From Candidatus Dormiibacterota bacterium (lineage in GTDB: Archaea; Thermoproteota; Bathyarchaeia; 40CM-2-53-6): a stretch of 64,000 nt of DNA. The notes beneath the pieces are model-generated. The model did no database searches and was not told where the DNA came from. It saw nothing but the letters and a program-made list of their open reading frames with translations. Below are positions 55,417 through 64,000 of the stretch, one piece after another. The translations under genes were made by a program, and so were the position numbers. The stretch spans positions 42,539-106,538 of the forward strand of contig DASPWZ010000049.1 in the NCBI GenBank assembly GCA_035637535.1, written 5' to 3'. The first letter of the stretch is position 1; each line of letters opens with the position of its first letter.

Positions 55417-56493
55417 TTGTGTATGACAAACGCGTGGACGGTCGCGTGCAAAGAGTTTAACATCGGCGTCGGAAGAATCGACACTATCTTGGCCCAGCGC
55501 ACTCTCTCTCTTGAGATTAGAGGATTCGAAGATTCTGATTACCGGAGGTTGGCGGAAATCTATGATGCGATCTTTCCTGAGCGAGCGAGGAGCGTTGAGG
55601 AGTGGCGATTTTACGATGATAGTCTCGACAAGACAAAGTACTATTTCAAACGTTATGCCTGCATAAACTCCTCAACCGGTGTAGCTCTGGGTTTTGGAGA
55701 GATGTGGAATCCTCCGTGGATGTTTCATCCCAAAAAATTCTGGTTCGACGGCTGGGTCGATCCGAAGCACCACGGCCAGGGCATTGGTAGTGCGATCTAC
55801 GATAGGCTCAAGGATGACTTTGATGAGCGTAGTGCGACTGCCGCCTGGATGGGGATTCGAGAGAATATGACACGATCCATCGCCTTCGCGCAAAAGCGGG
55901 GATTCAACGAAAAAATGCGGGGCTGGGAGTCAACCATCGACCCATACCAAGTAAACACTTCAGAGTTCCAAAAATATTCGACTAAGGCTTCTCAGGCTGG
56001 AATCGAGTTCTCGACCCTTGAGCAGGAACTACGGGAGGATCCAAGGTGTTACACTAAGCTGTACCAGCTTGTGCAGACCGCGTTCAGAGATGTGCCGATA
56101 GCTGACACCCCTACAGACACTCCTTATGATCAGTGGCTTGCCTTTGAGATGAAGAACCCTAACCTCATTCCTCAAGCGTATATGATAGCGAAAGATGGGG
56201 ACAAGTACGTCGGGACCAGTGTCGTTTGGCGGTTGAAGAAGGAGCCCAGAAGCCTCTACCAAGGCCTAACGGGAGTTCTACGGGAGTATCGAGGAAAAGG
56301 AATTGCCGTAGCCTTGAAGTTGAGGGTCCTAGATTTTGCCCGGAAGAACGGATTTGATAATATCCGAACCTTCAACGCATCCACCAACGAAGGCATGCTC
56401 AGCATCAACATGAAACTGGGATTCAAGCGAGATCTCGCCTGGATTACTTTCGAGAAGAAGCGGGAGCAGGAAAGATCTTCGAAAGATCAATGA
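55417..56493 (+). CDS. Tandem GNAT-family N-acetyltransferase
   Basis: Two acetyl-CoA-binding motifs: 'HHGQGIGSAIY' and 'YRGKGIAVALK'. Confidence 0.65.
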   Translation: MCMTNAWTVACKEFNIGVGRIDTILAQRTLSLEIRGFEDSDYRRLAEIYDAIFPERARSVEEWRFYDDSLDKTKYYFKRYACINSSTGVALGFGEMWNPPWMFHPKKFWFDGWVDPKHHGQGIGSAIYDRLKDDFDERSATAAWMGIRENMTRSIAFAQKRGFNEKMRGWESTIDPYQVNTSEFQKYSTKASQAGIEFSTLEQELREDPRCYTKLYQLVQTAFRDVPIADTPTDTPYDQWLAFEMKNPNLIPQAYMIAKDGDKYVGTSVVWRLKKEPRSLYQGLTGVLREYRGKGIAVALKLRVLDFARKNGFDNIRTFNASTNEGMLSINMKLGFKRDLAWITFEKKREQERSSKDQ

Positions 56494-57605
56494 CACTACC
56501 CGTTCTAAGGCTGAAAGGCTCGCCGTACGAGATAGGATACCGACACGGACAATTTGCCCGAGACAGGATTGAACGCAATCTCGAGGTCTACTTCCGCCGT
56601 TTCAAGAATGAAACTGCGCTCTCAAGAGACGAGGCGCTTAGGCGCGCTGAAAAGTACTTGCAGGTCATCCGACGCGGCAGTCCCGGCTACGCTCGCGCGA
56701 TGGAGGGAGTCGCCTTAGGCTCGAAGACAAAATTGTTAGAGATTACTGCATTGAACGTTCGATACGAACTGATGTACAGCCAGTTCGCCAAGATCGGATT
56801 GAAACCTATACCACGAGTAGATGGCTGTACGGCGTTCGGGGCGATGCCCGAGGTAACTGTGAATCGTCACCTGCTGATGGCCCAGAACTGGGACTGGATT
56901 CCCCAGATAGAAGGACTCTTTCTCAAGATTCGACCCACTACCGGTCCCAACGTCCTCTGCTTCACCGAGGCAGGGGTAGTTGGGGGAAAGATAGGCTTGA
57001 ACTCTGAAGGAATAGGACTAGCGATTAATGGACTGATCTCGAACAAGGATGACTGGGAGAGACTGCGAAAACCGTTCCACGTGAGATGCTCGGAAATTCT
57101 CGGATCGAAGACTCTCTCACAAGCAGTCTCAAGAATAACCCGAGGAGAGAGATCCTGTTCTGCAAACTTTCTGATTGGGCAACAAACGAAGTTGGGGGCC
57201 GGAAAGATTGTAGATGTTGAATCCGCTCCCGAAGCGACCGGAGCGTTCTCTCCAGAGGAGGGGATCTTGGCCCATACGAATCATTTCCAGAACCCAGAAC
57301 GGTTAGGAGTCAAGCAGGTTCTGGATGAGGAACGAAGATCCACGTTGCATCGCTTCGCTAGGATAACCCAGCTTCTCAGGCAGATGAGAAATGGAAACAG
57401 GAAGATGAGCATGACGAGAGCTGAAGATATGTTGAGGGACCATGATGGCAAGCCAGAGTCTGTCTGCCGCCACGAAAACAATTCATTTCCCGCGGACCAG
57501 AGATATCGCACGGTCGTCTCTGTAGTTATGGACCTTTACACGGGACAGCTCCAGACCACTCTAGGCTCACCATGCGAGAGAGAGTATCAGACACTTCGAC
57601 TCTGA
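56490..57605 (+). CDS. Peptidase C45 family / acyl-CoA:6-aminopenicillanic-acid acyltransferase-like Ntn hydrolase
   Basis: 'GSPYEIGYRHGQ' and the nucleophile context 'VDGCTAFGA', both typical of the C45/AAT family. The start overlaps the GNAT stop by 4 nt. Confidence 0.65.
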   Translation: MTLPVLRLKGSPYEIGYRHGQFARDRIERNLEVYFRRFKNETALSRDEALRRAEKYLQVIRRGSPGYARAMEGVALGSKTKLLEITALNVRYELMYSQFAKIGLKPIPRVDGCTAFGAMPEVTVNRHLLMAQNWDWIPQIEGLFLKIRPTTGPNVLCFTEAGVVGGKIGLNSEGIGLAINGLISNKDDWERLRKPFHVRCSEILGSKTLSQAVSRITRGERSCSANFLIGQQTKLGAGKIVDVESAPEATGAFSPEEGILAHTNHFQNPERLGVKQVLDEERRSTLHRFARITQLLRQMRNGNRKMSMTRAEDMLRDHDGKPESVCRHENNSFPADQRYRTVVSVVMDLYTGQLQTTLGSPCEREYQTLRL

Positions 57606-57704
57606 CAACTGAGTTTGGACTAAATTGGCTGAGACCAAAATGTCTCAGCACTCGAGTGAGTGCGACAATTGAAAGAAAGGGGGTAACCGTTCTTAGGAGA
57701 ACGG

Positions 57705-58469
57705 TTAGTCGTCGCTTTGTACGGCCTGGTCATTCTGCTCGTCCTGTTCGTGCACTAGTTGACCTCTAATCTCTCCACCTGTGTGGGCAGTGGTGTGCAC
57801 GTTAACGTAAGTATTCCCGGCAATTAGGGCGTTGATGAAGTCGGTCCACGTGTTGATTCCTACGTCGGGGCGAGCTACGAGGTTGCCTGACGTTCGAGTG
57901 CCCTCGGCGAGAGTGTCGCATCCTCTTGTGCTATTGAATGGAGTCGGAGAGCCAAAGAAGGGTAGAACGACTGGTCCGTTGGTACCCGCGGCGCCGACGT
58001 GGATGTGCGAAGCTATGACGTTAACGATGTTGCAAACTACTACTTCGAATGATAGAGTGGTGTTGTCTTCGCTGAGTTGGACTTCGGCAAATCCGAACGC
58101 CATAGTGTTGACTGCTGGCACCTGCTGGTCGCCCGTTAGGCGAATGTGGAATCGTATCGTAAGCCCTTCATGACTGGTCTCTTGGGCAGTCTGGTGGTGG
58201 GCGCCTTCGTTTTGGCCATTATCGTCAGCATTTGCAAGATGAGGCAGTGCTGCTAGCACTCCAAGCGTGACGAGAAGAAGCAAGGGTAGAAGTATTTTCA
58301 AACCAAAACCCTCGTGTGCAGCCTCATTCTTTGCAAATTTAACGCTTTCCAACGCGGCGTTTGAGAGCATGCTATATCTGTGCGCCCCTGCCTCGGGATA
58401 TCCAGAGACAGAAAAGATGGTCTGATAGCTTGGAGCGACAACCTTCGAGACGGTACGGTCGAATCGCAA
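57705..58469 (-). CDS. Secreted CHRD-domain protein (the start is probably an internal Met; the signal/TM segment begins near aa 55)
   Basis: 'NIVNVIASHIHVGAAGTNGPVV' and 'AGNTYVNVHTTAHTGGEIRGQL' are CHRD signatures. Confidence 0.65.
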   Translation of the reverse strand: MRFDRTVSKVVAPSYQTIFSVSGYPEAGAHRYSMLSNAALESVKFAKNEAAHEGFGLKILLPLLLLVTLGVLAALPHLANADDNGQNEGAHHQTAQETSHEGLTIRFHIRLTGDQQVPAVNTMAFGFAEVQLSEDNTTLSFEVVVCNIVNVIASHIHVGAAGTNGPVVLPFFGSPTPFNSTRGCDTLAEGTRTSGNLVARPDVGINTWTDFINALIAGNTYVNVHTTAHTGGEIRGQLVHEQDEQNDQAVQSDD

Positions 58470-58522
58470 GGCAGTTTCTCAAGTCTACGGCTTATTAGCG
58501 AAGGTTCGGCACCGCACTACCA

Positions 58523-59425
58523 GTGGTCTCTCTGTCATTGCTCCAAGCAGTCGAAGGTACACAGCTTAGCGTAGACACTAGCAAGCAGCACCTTGCACCA
58601 TTCGTCAAATGGGCCGGAGGAAAAACAAGTCTTCTACCTGATCTATTGCCACATGTCCGACACCGTCTAACAAGTTACTATGAGCCATTTCTGGGCGGGG
58701 GAGCGCTCTTTTTTGGAATATGCGCGCGGACCACAAGCTTCAGCGCACACCTGTCTGACACTAACCAGGAACTCATCGCAGCATACAGAGTTATCAAAGA
58801 ATCCCCGGAGGAACTGATACGCGTCCTTTCGAGATTGCAGGGAGAGTACGAATCAGCAGTAGACAAGGGCGCTTATTTCTACCAGAAGAGAGATTGGCGA
58901 CCCCTTGATCGCATCGAGTCAGCCGCCCGACTAATCTTTCTGAACAAGACCTGCTACAACGGTCTTTACAGAGTGAACTCGAAGGGCGAGTTCAACGCGC
59001 CCTTCGGCAGGTACAAGAACCCTAGGATACTCAATTCTGACGTCATTCGCGCGGCCAGTCACGTACTCAAAAACACGAAAGCTGAGTTGCGTAGCATTGA
59101 TTACAAGGATGCACTTGCCCCATGTGGCAAGGCCGATTTCATCTATCTAGATCCTCCTTATCAACCGCCAACCAAGACTTCCTCCTTCACGGACTACACT
59201 CCGGGCGGTTTTTCCGAGAACGACCAAAAAGAATTGGCTGAAGAATTCGGGAAATTGGTTGACAGAGGCTGCACAGTTGTTTTGTCAAATTCCGAGACAT
59301 CATTGACCAGGCATCTATACGATGATTTTGACATAAGGAAGGTCACTGTAAATCGGCCAATCAACTCTGTTGGAGCGGGAAGGACTGGCTACAAAGAATT
59401 AATTGTTCTTGGGCGTCCACGATGA
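58523..59425 (+). CDS. dam: DNA adenine methyltransferase (Dam / D12-class N6-adenine MTase); no cognate restriction gene is adjacent
   Basis: 'FVKWAGGKTSLLPDL' (motif I/X) and 'IYLDPPYQPP' (DPPY motif IV). Confidence 0.8.
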   Translation: MVSLSLLQAVEGTQLSVDTSKQHLAPFVKWAGGKTSLLPDLLPHVRHRLTSYYEPFLGGGALFFGICARTTSFSAHLSDTNQELIAAYRVIKESPEELIRVLSRLQGEYESAVDKGAYFYQKRDWRPLDRIESAARLIFLNKTCYNGLYRVNSKGEFNAPFGRYKNPRILNSDVIRAASHVLKNTKAELRSIDYKDALAPCGKADFIYLDPPYQPPTKTSSFTDYTPGGFSENDQKELAEEFGKLVDRGCTVVLSNSETSLTRHLYDDFDIRKVTVNRPINSVGAGRTGYKELIVLGRPR

Positions 59426-59557
59426 ATTGGGACTGGGTTGTTAAGGCAACCTTGGTTTAGGACATGTCAGACCCCTTCTTCCGAGATGCTTTTCTTCAGA
59501 AGAGATAGTCCGAGATTTGACTTTCTTCGAACGTTTTTATCGCTCACTTCTTGAGTT

Positions 59558-60514
59558 TTGCATTCATCTTTGTTTGCAGTGGAGACTCTCAGCCTTTCGA
59601 AGAGATATGGAAAGACGGATGCTCTTCGAGAGCTGAACTTTACCGTCGACGAGGGCGAGATAATGGTAATTCTAGGCCCTAACGGGTCTGGGAAGACCAC
59701 TCTCCTGATGATCCTCTGCACCATTCTCAAGCCAACATCTGGCACCGCGAAAGTGATGGGGATCGATGTTGTCGAGGAGGGCACGAAGGTTCGCGAGGTT
59801 ATGGGAATAGCCTTCCAGGAAGCCCGAGGGTTCTGGCGTCACAAGCCTTCCTCAATATTGAGATTTCATGCTTCCATGTTCGACATCGACCCTATGAAGC
59901 GTCAGGACCTCATTGAACAGACGATGAAGGACTTGGAATTGTGGGAATCTCGTGACAAGAAGTTCATGCATCTCTCTGGAGGCCAAGCTAAGAGGCTAGA
60001 GACGGCTAAGGTGCTGGTCCAGAGACCCAAGCTGGCAATTTTCGATGAGCCAACCAGCCAGGTGGATTTGAGAGGCAAACGGAAGATATGGGACAAGATT
60101 AGAGAGCTGAGAGATCAAGGGTCCACGGTGATCGTTGCTACAAATGAAGTGAGGGAGGCAGAGTATCTCGCAGACAGAGTAACGATTCTCCACCAGGGCC
60201 ACCTAGTGGTGCGTGACTCAATTCCAAAGTTGAAGGACGCGATCGCCGGTGGAGATGTGGTCGAGGTAGGCTTCGAAGACCCTGTTACAGACAACCTCGT
60301 GGCTGAGCTCAAAGGCCTTGGTGGGGCGCTTGCTTTGTCTCCAGAAGGTAACGAGTTGCGGGCAAAGGTTTCGAGGGCGGAGGACTGGGTTCCGAAAATG
60401 ACCTCTGCCAGTTACAACTTGGGCGCGAAAATCTCGTCGATCAAAATAACAGAGCCGTCTCTCGATGACGTCTTCATTCACTTCACAGGCAAAGCCCTGA
60501 TTGACCAACAATGA
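59558..60514 (+). CDS. ABC transporter ATP-binding protein (ABC-2 / DrrA-like)
   Basis: Walker A 'GPNGSGKTTLL'. Signature 'LSGGQAKRLETAKVL'. Walker B 'LAIFDEPT'. Confidence 0.85.
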   Translation: MHSSLFAVETLSLSKRYGKTDALRELNFTVDEGEIMVILGPNGSGKTTLLMILCTILKPTSGTAKVMGIDVVEEGTKVREVMGIAFQEARGFWRHKPSSILRFHASMFDIDPMKRQDLIEQTMKDLELWESRDKKFMHLSGGQAKRLETAKVLVQRPKLAIFDEPTSQVDLRGKRKIWDKIRELRDQGSTVIVATNEVREAEYLADRVTILHQGHLVVRDSIPKLKDAIAGGDVVEVGFEDPVTDNLVAELKGLGGALALSPEGNELRAKVSRAEDWVPKMTSASYNLGAKISSIKITEPSLDDVFIHFTGKALIDQQ

Positions 60515-61275
60515 ATCGAGTACTGAATCTCGCAGCGTTCAACATCAGAGTTCTTCTGGGGGATCCAACTTGGTTCATTCTTTCTTGGGCTCTCTTCGCA
60601 TTACAACTAGCAATCTACGGGTCCCTCATATCCCGACTTGTAGGCTCGAACCTACCGAACTATTTCTTCTTCTACAGCATCGGACTAATGATAATTGTCG
60701 TCTTCGAATCGGCAGAAGACGTAGGTCGACACTTCGTCGAACACGCCCACGAAGGAGAACTACCATACTTCCTATCTCTCCCCGTCTCAAGGAGTGGATT
60801 CCTGGTCGCCCAGGCAATTTACGGAGTGGTGAACACGCTGGTGAAAGTAGCGCCGCCGCTGCTAGCAGTCCTTTTCATCTGGGGAAATCTGACAGTCTCG
60901 GGCGCTCTCTTCGCCCTAGCAGCGCTGTTTCTTCTGGGATTGGGTATCACCGGGACGATGGTATCTCTGTCTTTCATCGCTTTCAAAGCGGTGGACATCT
61001 ACATGGCGGTCTTGGCGGGACTCTCTGCTCTTCTGATCAGATTCAGCACCGTCTTCTACCCTCTTGCCATAATGCCCAATTATTACTCTCCGGTCTCCGT
61101 TCTCAGTCCACTAACATATGGAGCCGACCTGACCAGGTGGGTTCTAGGCTTCGATCCAAAATACTTGCTCAATCCGGTGCTGGCTGCAGTTGTAGTCACG
61201 GCAATAGCGGTTAGTACTCTGTCTCTCAGCGCGAGGATCGTGGACAAGATCATAGAAGGAGTCAAGGCAGCTTGA
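60511..61275 (+). CDS. ABC-2 type transporter permease
   Basis: 254 aa with 6 TMs. Overlaps the ATPase stop by 4 nt. Confidence 0.65.
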   Translation: MNRVLNLAAFNIRVLLGDPTWFILSWALFALQLAIYGSLISRLVGSNLPNYFFFYSIGLMIIVVFESAEDVGRHFVEHAHEGELPYFLSLPVSRSGFLVAQAIYGVVNTLVKVAPPLLAVLFIWGNLTVSGALFALAALFLLGLGITGTMVSLSFIAFKAVDIYMAVLAGLSALLIRFSTVFYPLAIMPNYYSPVSVLSPLTYGADLTRWVLGFDPKYLLNPVLAAVVVTAIAVSTLSLSARIVDKIIEGVKAA

Positions 61276-62045
61276 GCGAGTTCTCTCGCCTCCTCTTGGT
61301 CGCCCGGACTGATTTTTCATACTTCTTCAGAACCAAGTGGCTGATGGCCGTGTTGATTAGCCTCAGCCTATCCGACATGCTCGTAACTGCCCTAGTTATG
61401 GGGAGGATGATCAGCCCCGGATATTTCTCATTCTTAGTTCCGGGTATAGTGACCGTGGGATTGTTCACCGCGGCCACGGACACCGGACGGAGAATCTGGT
61501 TGGCCTTGCGTGAGGGAGTGGTCCAATACTACATGACTCTGCCAATCAGAACATCGGGACTGGTTGTCGCCTACATCATTTCCGGAGGCCTTGGAGGAGT
61601 GGTCTACTCATCAGTGCTTCTGATAATCGCCTCTTTCGCAGTTCATCCTCAGAATATCCTAAACGCTATCCTTCTGCTTCCTTTCATGTTCGTACTCGCA
61701 ACGGGAATCGCCGGTCTGGCAGCCTTCTTCGCCAGCATCTCGAGAAGGGGCGAAATATACTGGGTATATGCCCAGGCCCTCCAAGTGTCTCTCGTCACTA
61801 TAAGCACGATCTTCTACTCAGCCCAGACGATTTCCCGATACCTTCCAGGTCCAATCGCAACGATTGCCGACTATAACCCCCTCAGTCTAGCGGCTACTGC
61901 GCTTAGAGATTCTGTCTTTAGCGGCGAGTTGCTGAACACGACCTTGCTCTCTAATCTGCTTGCTACATCGCTCCCCCTCGCCGCGCTAGGTGCGTTGGCC
62001 TACTGGGTCATTCTCAGAACCCTGAGACTGAGAGGCAAGCCGTAG
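61272..62045 (+). CDS. ABC-2 type transporter permease (second subunit)
   Basis: 257 aa with 6 TMs. 4-nt overlap with the preceding permease. Confidence 0.6.
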   Translation: MSEFSRLLLVARTDFSYFFRTKWLMAVLISLSLSDMLVTALVMGRMISPGYFSFLVPGIVTVGLFTAATDTGRRIWLALREGVVQYYMTLPIRTSGLVVAYIISGGLGGVVYSSVLLIIASFAVHPQNILNAILLLPFMFVLATGIAGLAAFFASISRRGEIYWVYAQALQVSLVTISTIFYSAQTISRYLPGPIATIADYNPLSLAATALRDSVFSGELLNTTLLSNLLATSLPLAALGALAYWVILRTLRLRGKP

Positions 62046-62070
62046 GCTGTCGCTAATTCGTGCATAGGTC

Positions 62071-63660
62071 TCAGGAATAATCCACTGGGACATCAATAAC
62101 ACTCGGCTTACGCGAGTCGAGAGCATTATCGAGGATCGATGCCAGTTCGGAAGCTCTGCTCGGACGATAGCCCTGAGCGTTGAACGACTGGGCCAATTGG
62201 ACAAAGTCTGGATTTCCAAAATCCACTCCCGAAGCGCGACCGAAACGAGCCAATTGTTTTCTCTTGATCGATCCGTACGCGTTGTCGCGGAACACGACCA
62301 CGGTAACACCCACTCGCAACCGGACAGCAGTTTCTAGTTCGTGGGCTGTCATGAGGAATCCTCCATCTCCACACACAGCAACGACTCTCCGATCAGGATG
62401 GACTAGCTTGGCGGCTATGGCTCCGGGCAGTCCGATGCCCATGCTCGCGTATCCATTGGAGATGAGTACCGTGTTCGGCTCGTATGTCGGGAATAGTCGT
62501 GAGATCCAGAGCTTATGATCTCCCACATCGCTGACGAGAATATCATCCCGCTTCAAAGCCTCTCGTAGGTCATGCAGAATCCGTTGCGGTTTCAGCGGAT
62601 ACGAGTCGTCTTGCGATTTGGCTGTGGCTTCTGCGAGAATACTGTCCCTAACAGATTTTGCGAAATTGCTGGGTCGAGGTTTGACTTGGCCCGTTAGAAT
62701 TGATAGTGTCTGGCCGATATGTCCGACTAGCTGTATGCTTGGCTGATAGTTAGTGTCAATCTCCGCGCTCGTGCTGTCCACGTGAATTATTGTCTTATCA
62801 TTCCGAGGGTTCCAGAGTGATGGAGCGTATTCGACAAGGTCGTAGCCTACGGCGAGGATCAGGTCTGCGAGCTCGAAGGCCTTGCTTACTAGTTCTTGGG
62901 AGGGCAGTCCTATCGCATAGAGACTCAGAGGGTCATCGTCAGGCAACGCTCCCTTGCCCATGAAAGTGTGGGCCACTGGAATCTTGGCCTCCGCTAGAAA
63001 CTCTCGGAAGGGCGCCGTTGACCGTGCCCTGATGATTCCGTTGCCCGCTAGGATCAGAGGTGTCTTGGCTTTGTTGATGAGTTGGGCGGCCTGTTGTATC
63101 TGACTGGTTGTCGGACGGGCCTGTTCCGGACCAGCAATCTGAGGAATCGGCGTAGTATGGGCAGTTTCGTCACCGATATCCTCCGGGACTTCTAAGTGGC
63201 ACGATCCTGGCTTCTCGGCCTCGGCGGTCCTGAAAGCCTTCCTAACAGCTTCGGGAATCGTGTCCGCCTTGAAAATCCGAGTGTTCCACTTCGTGATGGG
63301 ACGCAGAATATTCACTACGTCAACGTATTGATGGTATTCCTTGTGAAAATGCTCAAGGGCCGCCTGTCCTGTAACGGCGATTAGAGGAGCCCTGTCTACG
63401 TTAGCATCTGCGATTCCGGTCGCCAAGTTTGTGGCGCCGGGACCCAGGGTTGCTACGCAGATCCCCGGCTGACCCGTGAGACGGCCGTAGACGCCGGCCA
63501 TGAAAGCGGCGGCCTGCTCGTGCCGAACTGTGATGAGTTTGATCTTTTTCGACTGTCCTAGAGAGTCTGTGATCGCAAGGGTCTCTTCGCCGGGCACTTG
63601 GAAGACGAATTCTGTTTCTTCATTCTCAAGGCATCGGACCAACAAGTCTGATCCTTTCAA
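62071..63660 (-). CDS. Thiamine-pyrophosphate-dependent enzyme of the acetolactate-synthase large-subunit family
   Basis: Three-domain TPP enzyme pattern with 'GDGGFLMTAHELETA' (TPP-binding GDG...N motif region). 529 aa. Confidence 0.8.
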   Translation of the reverse strand: MKGSDLLVRCLENEETEFVFQVPGEETLAITDSLGQSKKIKLITVRHEQAAAFMAGVYGRLTGQPGICVATLGPGATNLATGIADANVDRAPLIAVTGQAALEHFHKEYHQYVDVVNILRPITKWNTRIFKADTIPEAVRKAFRTAEAEKPGSCHLEVPEDIGDETAHTTPIPQIAGPEQARPTTSQIQQAAQLINKAKTPLILAGNGIIRARSTAPFREFLAEAKIPVAHTFMGKGALPDDDPLSLYAIGLPSQELVSKAFELADLILAVGYDLVEYAPSLWNPRNDKTIIHVDSTSAEIDTNYQPSIQLVGHIGQTLSILTGQVKPRPSNFAKSVRDSILAEATAKSQDDSYPLKPQRILHDLREALKRDDILVSDVGDHKLWISRLFPTYEPNTVLISNGYASMGIGLPGAIAAKLVHPDRRVVAVCGDGGFLMTAHELETAVRLRVGVTVVVFRDNAYGSIKRKQLARFGRASGVDFGNPDFVQLAQSFNAQGYRPSRASELASILDNALDSRKPSVIDVPVDYS

Positions 63661-63771
63661 GGGATTACGAGCTCCAGGTAGTTGCTCGATGACGTCGTAT
63701 TTAGAGGAAAGAAAGGAGAGAAGACCTGAATTCAGATCTCGCAGGTCAAATGGGCTGATAGTAGTTCGTGG

Positions 63772-64000
63772 TTGGAACTTAATTATGCTTCAAGCTCTAG
63801 GGACAAGATCGAATTGTCTTCCAACATAGAACATCTTCTCGTGAAGAGCGTCGATGATCTGTACGAGGAATTGGGCAGGTCGCTCATCACGCCGGATTAC
63901 CCCTTGGCTGGAACAGTCACAAGGCAGAACGCAGTTCAGAGAGGCAAGTCTTTCATCTCTGGATCCTTGGAGAAGTTGAGAGCCAAGATCTGTGTCGATT
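63772..64000 (+). CDS. Possible 5' part of a gene running off the window end (TTG start; '...IEHLLVKSVDDLYEELGRSLITPDYPLAGTVTRQ...')
   Basis: In-frame open reading from 63730 to the window end with protein-like composition. Not in the ORF track. Weakly supported. Confidence 0.2.
   Translation, partial: MELNYASSSRDKIELSSNIEHLLVKSVDDLYEELGRSLITPDYPLAGTVTRQNAVQRGKSFISGSLEKLRAKICVD

Noticed and set aside
63500-63829. 109-aa plus-strand ORF at the window end
   Set aside because: Cys/Arg-rich composition, and it overlaps the promoter region of the TPP-enzyme gene. A different frame (63730 onward) looks more protein-like and is listed at low confidence instead.
1-64000. CRISPR arrays, rRNA genes, transposases, integrases and recombinases
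   Set aside because: No regularly spaced direct repeats, no rRNA-like conserved stretches, and no DDE/tyrosine/serine recombinase motifs were seen in any frame.

Overview
Archaeal chromosomal window of about 52-55% GC, mostly housekeeping and accessory genes. The archaeal assignment rests on Alba, an Hjc-like resolvase, CDC48, RadA with an N-terminal HhH domain, and tRNAs carrying non-canonical introns. The tRNA intron pattern, a PolB2-like polymerase, a secreted G1 peptidase and a CARDB surface protein point to a TACK-type, possibly acidophilic lineage; that placement is inference. Firm calls are a class II (B12-dependent) ribonucleotide reductase, two MFS transporters, an Amt ammonium transporter, a peroxiredoxin/ArsR/thioredoxin redox module, an M1 aminopeptidase, CDC48, a MoxR-DUF58-DUF4129 operon, thymidylate kinase, a RidA/threonine-dehydratase pair, a radA/RadA-paralog/PolB2-like cluster, MsrA, an aldo-keto reductase, a Dam-type methyltransferase, an ABC-2 transporter and a TPP enzyme. 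Three tRNA genes lie on the minus strand: Leu(CAG), Ala(UGC) and Phe(GAA), all with encoded CCA and introns, several at non-canonical positions. The most notable observations are: (1) a co-directional radA / Zn-ribbon RadA paralog with a degenerate P-loop / family-B polymerase with degenerate exonuclease and polymerase motifs, preceded by a tandem 9-nt repeat; (2) an alpha/beta-hydrolase fused to a P-loop ATPase whose conserved N-terminus has no canonical start codon; (3) a ~2.9-kb island remnant between tRNA-Leu and a decayed copy of its 3' end; (4) a 12-repeat bactofilin-like beta-helix protein with an adjacent wHTH gene; (5) two small Zn-ribbon genes below the ORF-track cutoff; (6) a 14-nt exact motif present twice. 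No CRISPR array, rRNA, transposase or integrase was found.
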